A stretch of 55,035 bases of DNA, filler included, from Sphacelaria rigidula (taxonomy: Eukaryota), in assembly GCA_964200075.2 (NCBI GenBank). It is 6 parts of 6 records of this genome, joined end to end, with 100 filler letters (N's around TTAATTAATTAA, not from the genome) between each part and the next. Parts side by side here need not be neighbours in the genome. Positions count along the whole stretch, not along the records: positions 36,760 to 45,847 come from CAXNAA020009333.1; positions 45,948 to 55,035 come from CAXNAA020009334.1; 4 more parts are not named here. One strand, 5' to 3'. The notes below the pieces were generated by a model. The model was not told the origin of the DNA and made no database searches. It saw only the letters and a program-made list of their open reading frames with translations. Both the position numbers and the translations under genes were made by a program. This document shows, piece after piece, positions 37,487 to 48,728 of this stretch (position 1 is the first letter of the stretch; the number at the start of each line of letters is the position of its first letter).

Positions 37487-40465
37487 CTGCCCTGCCCCGT
37501 ACGATCCAGGAAGTGTGTTCGTCCTCAATCCCACTACGTACGTGCTCCTAGCGCCGCTAGTATCGACGGTTACATTTTCCGCCACGGGCACGCCGGTTGC
37601 GCGTGTGCCGAGAGAGTTGGGCAGCGACAGAGAGGCCTCGATGCCCACTTCACCTCCTTTGGTTACCAACTGGCGTATAGATGGCGCGTCACTTCCGGTA
37701 GAAGAAGGGGTGTCGGGGCAGCCCGACTGTGCACGAAACAAACACGATATTCAACATAGAGAAGCAGAAATCTGTTGGCGGAGAAAGGGTGGATAGTGTT
37801 GCTTGCTAAGGTGTTCCTTACGCACACACATGAAAATATCATCATGTACGCGACCAGCATCCCGTGGAGGATTGGCGTCTGCCTCGTTCAGTTTTGAAAA
37901 TATTTTCTTCGTACTATATCATTTCGACATGTCATCCTCCAATCCATCACGCTTCTTCGCTCGTTCAAAATATGGGGCAGTGTACGCCGTGTCTTCAGGC
38001 GGCGTAGTAGATTCTCGCTCGCTTGAGTGTCATGAGCGCGCCGGAGTGGAAACGCGATTTCCTGCACATAGTCCTCTGCAAGATGCAAGTGAAGGAAACG
38101 CTTGTAATAGTGCACATGACCTTGAAAAAACAAGCAGACAATAAACGGGTGCGACTTGCCATTGGTCGACGGGGCGCGTGCCTTCTTCTGCATATATATA
38201 TATATATAACGGTCACATGATAAGGTGAGCCGAATATATGTTAAGAAGGGTAGATGGTACGTGCAAGTTATCTGCCAATTCCTTCTATGATGCCTCAGAC
38301 GATAATTAAAACGTATATATTATTTCTTGGATTTACTTGCAGGTGTCCGGTCGGGGTAGGCTCTTCAGCAAGTACAAGAAAACTTATATACCGCGACGTC
38401 AGCTTCCCCTGATTTTCTCAATCTCGTCTGCGTTCAAAGTTTGGCTGGTCCCACTTCAATCTCCGGAGAACAGCACCGGCTTTCATGGGCATATAATGTT
38501 TCAACCGAGCGATGTCTTACTTGTACGCAGAGCGCGTTCGGATGAAATCGATAGCCCAGGTTGTCCGTGCGATCGCCGATTTGGACCTGGGCGTTCGGAG
38601 ATACCCAAGCAAAGAGACGATCAAACAGGCAGACAAGGTCCGAGTGTGGGGTGCACCTCATGAGATGAGAAAAGTTTGAGTTGGGAACAGGACAACTAAC
38701 ATTGGAAGTGGTATGATTTTAATAGTAGAGAGGAAGCATGGGGTATATAAGCTCTTCTCATTCTGTAGCCAGTGATTGTGGCAGCGCACTGGATTCTCCA
38801 CCTCTTGGAAGCTACGTGACCAGTTTTTGTGCAAACCAGTGTATGTGTTCTGTGAGCATGTAGATAGTGTTGAAGCATCTCATAGTACAGCAGTACGCTA
38901 TCGTCCCGTTTAACATAACCATACACTATATCGTACCCCCTAGCATCCCGTCGCGCTGGCGCATTTCCATGCACTACAATGCGGCACAGCCACAGCCTAC
39001 ATAGTAAGCCAAATGTACATGATATGCTAAAACAGTACGTACAGCAGATCACACGAACTTGACACCTGTTTTTTTCAGAACTGCAAGCTAACTTCTGGGC
39101 ATCCGTGTTTTGGTCTTACGGTAGTCCATACCTCATACTCGAATACCAGCGTGGTGGAATCGTTCCCGCCATGAAACAACGCCTCGCGCATCCTCCGGCA
39201 ATCCAGGACCAGTACCGGAGAACCGCGAACGGTTACATTTTTGTCGAACTCAACCGCCACCAGAATGACATCTCCCAAAACGTAGGTTGTGTCGTCGGTT
39301 GTTTCGGGGCTCAAAGAGACGGACACCGACTGCGGCCGGGCACCGTCTAGGGTCACCCGGGACGTGTCCGCCAAGCTTTTGCCTGTTCATGGTGAGCATA
39401 GTAAGCGTTGTGTCGAAAAATACATATAACCATGCGTTGACACTTCGGTGTTTGTTATCTGGTGTTTTCAACTGTGATACGCGGTGCTTGATATTTGACG
39501 TTTAATCCCGGCATACATCCGAGATTCAGTGTTCAGTATTCGATGCGACTTGATGCATCGTACTTCATATTTCTTGCATTTCTGTCGCGTTTTTTTACAG
39601 AGTTCTGCAATCACAAAACATGAAGCATATCCTCTCCTTTTCTATTTTCCTCTCTTCCCTCCTCTCCTGCCCTGTCCTTCTGCCGCTTCTTCCTTTATTT
39701 TCTCATATTTCTCTACTTCTATCGAATGGTTCGCAACCTGCTTCCACGACCTTGATTTTGTGCACCGCCCTAACCGGGAGGCCTGGCGAGGACCTGTCTG
39801 GAGATTTCTTGGAACCGGTACTAGAGTTATAGTCCTTAGTCTGGTAGAAGATCGACGCTTCCCGGGTAACCACGACAGCGACATCGCGTGTACGACGGCA
39901 ACAAAATTCCGTAAAGTTCTGTACGAAGTTCAGCTCTGCGGAATGTGGGCACTACTGCAGGTATACCGGACAAAACGTACCAAGACGCTCGCCATGTGTT
40001 TGGACTCAAAAATACGTTGAGTTAGATGGAAACGATATTTGACGTTCGGAAACATGAACAAAGTCTCATCCAGAAAAATGTTTTTTTCAGGGAAAAAAAA
40101 AAGGCAAGAAAATTCAACCGGGGTAATTCCATGTAAACAATTCCTCGTGTTTTTCACCTGAAGTAATTGCCGCTGCTAAATTCAGGTCCGCATCCTGAGC
40201 GGGAGAGGTCGAGTAACGTCTGAAGTATCCACCGTCGCCTGTGTCCAGGGCGTGAGCACCGTCAACGTCGAGGAGGGATGTCGAGTCCCCCTCCACCACA
40301 GTATATCTGGCGGAGACCAAAGAAGATGCAGAGGAAGAAAAATAAGCACTCGTCCTTTTTCGTTTTCTGTGGTTGCTGCACGTATGTATAATGTATGCGG
40401 AGAATGTAAGAAATGGCGGGGGTGCTAGTGTGCGTCTATCGCAGGCGGGAGAAGCAGGGTGGCAG

Positions 40466-40518
<53 letters not shown>

Positions 40519-43500
40519 GGTGTGCTTGATGACGTCGAAAAACAGGGAAACCCTTGCGTAGGAATGAAGACAACCACACGCAGCTTTGTTCTCCGGATAA
40601 TCGACATGGGTGGGGCGTGTGAGAAAACGACAGCTTTACAGTGTCAAACACCCACACCCCTCCGTCATTCTCACCTACATTGTTACAAGATGAGCGCACA
40701 GCCGTCGCCAGTATGGCATCGCAAGCCTAACGACCAAACACGACTCCCAAGTGCAACAATTTTCATCAACTCTCAACACTGGACGTACTTCCGTGTAAGG
40801 TGTCCAGAGCGGGTGCAGAGGGGAGGTACAGTACTAGACTTGCACCCAAACACGTAGACACCGAAATAGCTTACGGAAGTAGCCAGTTGTACTTCGGCCA
40901 CTCTCCGGAACCGCTGGTGCATGCTCTTGAAACGATGACATCCCGATGTTGCCGTTTGCAATATCACCGCGCTCCGACGGCAAAACCATTCAATCAGCAA
41001 TGAATCAGACGGATTCCAAAGATTGGAATCTCGATAACAGTAAAGCCTCTTTTCCGGTTTCCACCGCCCCAGTATGTGAGAAGGTGAGTTGGGGGGGGGA
41101 GTCTATGGAACGTCGTGGGCTGCGGGAGTGGTCATTATCCAATACACGATGAGGCTATATGCGGTTGAACAACACATGTGTCATTCAACAGAGGTAATCG
41201 TCGAGGTGGGCCGTAAATTCGACAAAACCGGCAAATATCATCCGCACGTTGGCGAGCAATCCAATAATATGATGGATTTCGAGGGGTAAGACGTCCTTCT
41301 GAAATAGTAAAAGATTATCTTCGGAAATGATGATGAGCATCAAACTTAGCTTCAACTCCAAGACAGTGATTTCTCTGACCTAGATTCATGACAATCGACT
41401 TTCGTTGGGAGACCTCATGTCCCCCGACCTCCCTGAAACTATTCTGGGTGGTTTCTCGTCTTCTTTTCCCCCAAGAGGTATGTACAAAAGCGAAATTTTC
41501 GAGTTCATGGCGTCCCTTTTTTCACCCTGGAATCGACGCAGAAAGGTGCTTTCGCACATACCCTTTGAAGGAACAGAAGACGGGAAAAGTCTCAAAATAG
41601 TTTCATGGAGGTCGTAGGGTATGACGTCGTTCATATGACAGTCATTTGTCATGACTTGAGGTCAGCAAAAGAACTGTTTTGGAGTTGAACCTCCTTTTAA
41701 TGTCCAACCCCATCCTCGAGGATAACATTTTATCGTGTAGCTGAGCCGCAACCTGCTTCCGCGACCGTGTTCGTTCTGTTTACATTTTATTGGCTTATTA
41801 TGAACGGCCTCCTTCCCGAATGTCGTGCGGCGGGGGTCTGCCGTTCTCCCCCTCTTCTTTTCTTCTCGTCTTCCCTTTACCGTGTATGCTCTCCCCTTTT
41901 CCTTCATTTCGATACCTCCCCTTCCTCGAGAGTCTCTAGCAAATGTTCTGCGTATCATTTAGCTTGTCGACGTGCACCTTGAATTCGTAGCGACTTGGTG
42001 TGGCAATCAATCAACCCGACAATCAATCCCTCGATCGATCGATCGATCAATCGATCAATCAATAACCAACTCATCAATCAACCACCAAACCATGCACGCG
42101 TCGGACAGCTCATTAGCTATCTGAGATGACGAATCGAAGAGAACTCTCAGATCCTTTGTACAAAAAATACAAAACACGTGACACCAGTGTCCGAGAAGCC
42201 AGAGCGCTACCTTCCCGCTAGGCGGCGTGCTCGGCGTCCATCGTTGCCGGGAGCTAATACGGAAATAGTGGCCAAATCAGCTAGCTCATGATCCGGATCA
42301 GTACTCTAACAAGAAGTAATATCCAGGTGGCTCATGAGCTGTCAGACGTGTGAACACATATCAACATAAACTGCGAATACCAGGCGCTGGATAAAGACAT
42401 GCATCAACAGATTTACACTACTAGGTGCGGCGGATTCCAAGTGATTCTAGAACTGTTTACTAGAATTGTTTGGGTGGTTTCGTACGATGCAGTCGCATGC
42501 TTCTCTTGTCATAATCTAGAATGTACAACTGCGTCAAAAGGCCTCACTTGAAAATCACGTCATGGGTTCCATTTCCTCCGGAGAAAAAGTCCCCCCTCGC
42601 CGCGCGCGTTCCAGTGGAGAGGAAAATTCCAACATCTCCGAACGCTGATATGGGCTTGTTGAACCTGGGGTGGTACATTCAGTTCTAGTTTGTGTTGGTA
42701 ATTTTATTTCCTTGAACAATGGGGGTAGGGGTTGGGGGGGGCGAGCGAGCCTCGACTGTGAGCATCCTTATGCATTTTTTGTGCTCTTAAGTTTGTCGGT
42801 CCTATTATGGGCCGTTTCCAACGGAGCTGTTTTTTCAGGCTTTCTTCGACTTTTTCGGGAAAAACACTTCCTCCCGGAAAAAATGTGACGGCAGATTTCT
42901 CCTCCAGGTTCAGGAGTAGAGCAATTGAAGACTGATCACATGTTACTCGGAAAATCTAGTGCGGGATTTTTTTCGATTTTGTTTTGTTGAAACGCCGTGA
43001 AATTCCCAAGTGGAAGAAGTCTGAGAAAGGAATAACCATCCTTGGCAAAAAACAGCGCACGATTTCGGCCGTTTTTCCTGCTGTAGGCCAGAATATATGT
43101 ATAACTGTTCTACTCTACTTGAGGCATTCCCTTGGCATAACACTACGAGTCTTCATCACTATCCAGCAGCTGGAACACAGGGTACAGAGCATACGTATTC
43201 ATGACACAGAGCGTATGGCCCGAAGCACAGATAGATATAAACAGACCATACAACATGGCGGTGACCTAGCAAATCTGTTACTGTCGTTTCAGACAGTACA
43301 GTAAACGGAAAATGTTCGTTTTTATTTCCTGAATATAGCTCTAGACTTTCATCCTGTGTTCCCTGCAAAATCGTGCGAATAATAGTACGGATTTTCTCTT
43401 TACGATAAGGGGAGTAGTGCTTATTGGACGCACGCGCCCCAACTCCTTGTGTCGCAAAAAACGAGTGATGAGAAAATTTTGATCATACATGTCTGCGCAC

Positions 43501-44954
43501 GCTCCTCGACGTTTGTGTCAGGCGAAGTGGATGAATTAGAGAGCTCTATCATGCATGTCTGTGAAAATTCTGTCTCTAACACGGTATTTTACAAACTGGG
43601 GATGGATTCTTTATCGGGGATGAAAACCCGGGAAATTTAGATCTTCGTATCCACACCAAAACTTCGAAATGTCGTTCCATTTTTTCATTTGCTGCTAGCT
43701 TTTGACAACTACTACACGCCATACGAATTTGGATTGCGATGACCGAAATGTCGGGGTCCTCGAGAAAAAAGCAATTTTGGTGTCCGATCGGATCACCTAA
43801 ATCCCCCAAACTTGGTTTTTCACCTAGGGCCCCGTCATTTCGGTTATCGAAATCCAAACTTTAATGGCGTGGAGCAGTTGTCAATAGCTACCAGCAAGTT
43901 AAGAAATGGAACCATGTTTCGAACATTTGGTGTGGATACGAAGATTTTAATTTTCCGGGTTCTCATCCCCAATGAAAAATCCATCCCCAATTTGTAAAAT
44001 CCCGTGTTCTCTGCCTCTCCGCACACAGATCAAACGACACATATTTCGCACTTGTAACTTTCCTTCGTGCACCCGACTGTGCACTGTTATTTTCGACTAG
44101 TAGTGCCCCTCTCTAGGGGAAGCTACAACAGGTGTTCGTCAACCACGCCATGACATAAGAGAAGGTTTTACCTCTTTCACCTGAAATGTGCAATTTCAGT
44201 TGACCTGCATGTCAGGCCTACGATCACAGCGCACTTTCGCCACGAATTCAAGAAAGCGTGAGAAAATGCCTTCAATAAAACCGCTGCAGTCGAAGATTCC
44301 TAACTGCATGCTACTACTACAAACAGTAGATGGAACATACATAAATCAAATTCTCATAGACGATAACTTTGCTGCAGGCTCACCTTGACCAAGTTTCTCA
44401 TTGTTAGTGCAGCTTACATAGTCTAAACGTTGCACGTATTATGTCATGTGGTGAATGCCCTTCTCCATACAGTTTGGCTTTGCCAAATCGTTTTCGAAAT
44501 CTGAAATAAACAACAACAGAAACTAATACTCCTGCACATGCAGTAGTTCTCCCGGGAACTCAACGGGTCCTTGTTGGATGAACCTGCAGTACAGTACCGT
44601 CTGTGCAAACGGGATTTGCTGTGCTCACCAGACTCTCACGTACAGCTCATCTCCGGCAAAGTATGTGTCATTATCTGCTCCCCAAATATTCACCCCGAGC
44701 TCTGCATCGACCTCAGGAGGCGTCGTGTCCAAGGTTATGTTCATGCCATCGAAGCCCAGAGCCCCGCCGTTGTCCTCAAAGACGCCTCCAAAAGTAATGT
44801 TAGCCGCTAGGGTAGGGCTGGAGGATGACTGTAGAATGCTGGGACTTGCCACGAATGATAGGTACGGCGTTTCAGGCAGAACGATGGTGCTGTTGGCATT
44901 ATTGGGTACTGCTAGGACCCAGGCAATTCCCGCTGCTGCATCTTGTTCGTTGAC
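37487..44954 (-). CDS. Large extracellular-type protein with bacterial Ig-like beta-sandwich repeats (internal part, 6 exons, 383 codons)
   Basis: Exons 44954-44629, 42664-42548, 40306-40158, 39382-39132, 38586-38521 and 37726-37487, all GT-AG with consistent phases. Repeat: LDTTPP..TYFAGDELYVRVWFNKPI..LSTG..SGGNGTHDVIFKYTVVEGD / LDGARP..TYVLGDVILVAVEFDKNVTVRGSPVLVL..GGNDSTTLVFEYEVQIGD / VDTSG..GSYGAGQ. Confidence 0.88.
40468..40510. repeat. (GT)n microsatellite
   Basis: About 21 TG units in an intron. Confidence 0.95.
42005..42082. repeat. (TCAA/TCGA)n simple repeat
   Basis: CAATCAATCAA..TCGATCGATCGATCGATCAATCGATCAATCAAT. Confidence 0.8.
43578..44008. mobile_element. Fold-back MITE family C, intronic copy
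   Basis: AACACGGTATTTTACAAACTGGGGATGG ... CCATCCCCAATTTGTAAAATCCCGTGTT. TSD CTCT (43574-43577 / 44009-44012). Confidence 0.88.
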
Positions 44955-45549
44955 CTGAGAATAGGGAGAGGGGACAAGGGGTGGATGACGGAAATGATTT
45001 TTTCCTTGAATGTAATTATTATGTAACTGAAACACAGTTACACTCTCCTGGAAACCTTATGCCTGAGCTCACGCACACCTTGTCTACACTCACCAGAAGC
45101 GCTTCCACGCTTGGTGTACTTAGCGACTCTTACTCTCGTTCCCGTTATTCCATGTTATCTCAGGAAATCTCATGAAAGAGTGGGAAGGGAAGGATCAAAA
45201 CTTAGTAGCAAGTGGTGGCTGTGTCCACCGGAGCAGTTGCTCGGGCAAAGAACTCGGCGAACTGAGTAAGGATGGTTCTGTAGCTCACCAGTCAGCAAAT
45301 TTGAGGGATCATCGGTGACGTTAGAACGGACCTCTACGAGGAGCCCTGAAACGATCGTTCAAGAGCAATCTGCTGCAGCTCTTGGAGCTGCTATTTGATA
45401 TGGCAAGTATGCCGAAACAAGAGTATATCGCTGATCTTTTCGAGGGAGGTGAACCTCTTCTCGTCGGAGAAACGTCGCAAGTGTGTATCCATAGGAGAGT
45501 TCTTACCGTGCAACATATATTTTAAAAAAAACGGGGTATCTCAAGATAA

Positions 45550-45745
45550 AACACGTGACTTCACAAATTGGGGATGGATTTTTAGTGGGGGGATGAAAAC
45601 CCGGAGAATCAAAATCTCCGTATCCACACCAAGTCTTCGAAGTATCGTTCCATTTCTTCACTTGCTGGTAGCTCTTGACGACGACTACACGTCATATAAC
45701 CTTGGATTTCGGTAACCGAAATGTTGGGGTCCTAGATGAAAAAAA
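45550..45745. mobile_element. MITE family C, single arm
   Basis: AACACGTGACTTCACAAATTGGGGATGG.. colinear with 5348-5540. Confidence 0.8.
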
Positions 45746-45847
45746 CACTACATTCGTGAGATTCAGACTGTAACATCGGATTCAGAGTGAGACCCGAAAC
45801 AATTGATTTTCCCGTCGATTTTGACATCGCCACAGTTCGAGGAGTAA

Positions 45848-45947
45848 NNNNNNNNNNNNNNNNNNNNNNNNNNNNNNNNNNNNNNNNNNNNTTAATTAAT
45901 TAANNNNNNNNNNNNNNNNNNNNNNNNNNNNNNNNNNNNNNNNNNNN
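45848..45947. other. Artificial contig linker
   Basis: 44N-TTAATTAATTAA-44N. Confidence 0.97.
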
Positions 45948-46385
45948 TGACCACTTCTCACTCTCAATCGTATCATCTACTCTCAATCTCACGAAAACAC
46001 TGTTACCTGTGCTTCAAGCACAAAGTTGGCGTGATAAGATGCTGATGGAACGATGTACACCTCGCATATGACTCTACAGTGATCTTGAAAGCCCCGTGGT
46101 GCGCAGTCTACCAAAATCACTCAACCGAGTATACTTTTGTTTAGAGAGGTTTTTGCTTGATAGTTATTACAAGCACAAAATATTTCACGTGTTACAACAA
46201 CTCAGGTAGCTCAATGTGCACACTGACGCACCAGAGTGCACACATTCGTGAGTGCCAGTCCCACTGATGTAATTTCTTGATATTTTTTTCTGCCAGTACC
46301 ACGCTCATGCTGCAGGGGGTATTTTGTATATGCGCTGCAAAGGCTGTACAACACATTAACAGCGATGAATTCTACACGGAGTGAC

Positions 46386-46556
46386 GAAACCGTGTGAAGC
46401 GCCCTGTGCGGCACAAAATAATACCCTACAGTCAAATTCCCGCGAGAAACCCTGCACAATTTCCCTGAAACCCTGTTGAGCGTCCTGTGGGGCGCAAAAA
46501 AAAACTGCAGCCAGATCCCCGCGAGAAACGCTGCACAGTTTCCCTGAACCCTGTAG
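46386..46556. repeat. Short tandem duplication, about 80-bp unit
   Basis: CCCGCGAGAAAC(C/G)CTGCACA(A/G)TTTCCCTGAA occurs twice. Confidence 0.7.
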
Positions 46557-48469
46557 ACGTGCCCCACAGGGTGCTATTTGTCCACGTGTGCTGTCAACGT
46601 TCGAGGGGCTTGATAAAAGAAACAGCCATGCACAGGCGCACCCGAGAAAGCGGCAGAGCGGTTCCCCTACTAATACATCCTAGACTCTGCAGATTAAACA
46701 CCGTTGCCTCAGAGCTAAACAGCAACAAGTCCATGCTAGACTCCAACAATAGGGCATGCGACGCAATCTGCTATGCACAACTAGTTTTCACATGCCCTCC
46801 GCTTGGTGCCATTTCAACGAGTATTGTTGAACTCAAGCATGCAGGACTAAAACGCAACGAGCAGCTTTTCCGAGCTGTTGCAGCTGCTGTGGAAAAGAGA
46901 ATACCTTCCCATCTTGCGACAACAAATATTTTCGGTGACGCCCAGCAGTCAGTCAAACGCGAGCACCCCAAACGCAGCGATGGGCGCGGGTGCGGGGTAG
47001 TCTGGACCAACATGTTACACCTGCGCTTCTGCTCGCAACCTGCCCCGCACCATGCCATGCCGTTCGTGATCGGTGCGCCAACGCTGTTGTCTTACTGTAC
47101 GCTGAGCGACGTTTACAGGTTGCTCAACCTACGCCCCTTGTCCCAAAAGGTAGGATAAGCACATATGTACGGGCACTTGACCGTGTGGGCTTCTTTTCTT
47201 CATTTTCTTTTCTTACATATTTGCAGTGTTTTCAGTTAAACTCCACTCTTTCTTCGACGCACGTCCGTTCCCACCATGCGACCGAACGGCTGAAACATTT
47301 CGAGTTCGCCCGAAATCGGTCGTATTTTGCCCGATTACGGGATGCTCACAAGCATCAGAAAAAACGAACAAAGGTAGCCGTCCTCGTCATCACTGGGGTT
47401 AGATGCTGAACACTGTACTCCTGAGCGCTTTCGAAGCCCTCCTCCTCGTACTTTCCCACCCCCTCCAGCGTCCCCGTCCTCGTCGGCAATCTAACCCTGG
47501 TATGCCCTTACGTACTTTCTCCTACTCGATACTCCATAAACAAGACTCAGCAAAACGCAAAATGAGGGATATATTGACGGCACGTTTTGTAAGTAAATGC
47601 AGCATCGTCTGCGCCATGACTCCCTTATGAAGCCGGCTATAGCATCGTCAGCATCTCCGTTAGGGAGATATGATCTGCATTCCACAGGTCACCTGACTTA
47701 TGGGAAAGAGAAAATAAACTACAAATAAAACGACAATTGCCCTGCTGACGAGCACTGCAAAATGAACCCCATGTGGGCAACTCACAACGAAAATTTGACG
47801 GAACATCGTGCGCTCACAGAAGAAGCTCCGGCACGTGGAAATTTGTCAACCGCACGGTGGCGGCGCAATATACAGTTCCACCTCATACAACGAGTGAACA
47901 ACGAGTGAGCATGTGCGTACATGAACATGGGGGGGGCATAATGTCGACAGCCACAGTGCCGAAGAAAGTGTTGTGCGGTTGGAAAATTCCGTGCATATTT
48001 CCTCCGCGGCTTCTTCCTCTACAGCGGGAATTTTCGGCGACCATGTAATCCGCGAAGCGAAAGATTACTCGCTATTGCTGGCGTCATCTTCAACATGAGG
48101 TTGTTTCGACCAATCAAAGCAACCGGTCGTTGTTTTCGGCCAATCCGAAAATGTGTGCTACTTCGTTCAAATTATCTTTGGCGAATAATAATCCGGATAA
48201 TCTCTCCCCCAAGGAAAAAACAGTTATGACATCAAAACTCAAGCGGTGACGCCGTCTATGCTCGACAGTCCTTCCGCTCCTTTGGGACGTGGATGACGTC
48301 AGCCCTCGACCAAGTAATGTAGACCAAACAAAATACAAGAGTTTCATATTTGATCAATCAAGAAACTGCGTGCCATTTCTCTCAGCTCAAAACCGTGAAT
48401 TGCCCATGGTTGCGATAGAGATTCACTTCAACATCGGGGGACGTTTCGGCAATAAATACCACACCGCCC

Positions 48470-48728
48470 GTGAATGGGGTCTTTCTAAAAGCCTTGCCTG
48501 AACGTCAGCTCCTGCAGCGAGGCAGACCACGCAAGCCGCAAAAGAAGCTGGTCGCCTTCCCACCTAAACATGAGTCATAGCACGGAGGCAGGTGACGCCA
48601 CCTCTGAAACGGTTAAACAATACCTCTTCAGGTCTGAGCAACTGCAACGAAGCAGACAAAGTTACCCTCTCCATCAAGTTACTGCATGATTCATATCTCA
48701 GACAGAGTTGCCGCAGGGAGGCAGGCCA
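48470..48728 (-). pseudogene. Decayed FNIP repeats beyond the stop codon
   Basis: TGA is followed in frame by WPASLRQLCL.. and later SASLQLL and WSASLQELTF. Confidence 0.7.

Noticed and set aside
38531-38679. Plus-strand exon (ERVRMKSIAQVVRAIADLDLG...) as the end of the ARM gene, implying interleaved genes
   Set aside because: It is largely the antisense of a real minus-strand exon (38521-38586) and is on a different contig from the ARM exons.
46700-47060. Ankyrin-like fragment (EMAPSGGHVK) on the minus strand
   Set aside because: Single short motif followed by a stop; insufficient support.
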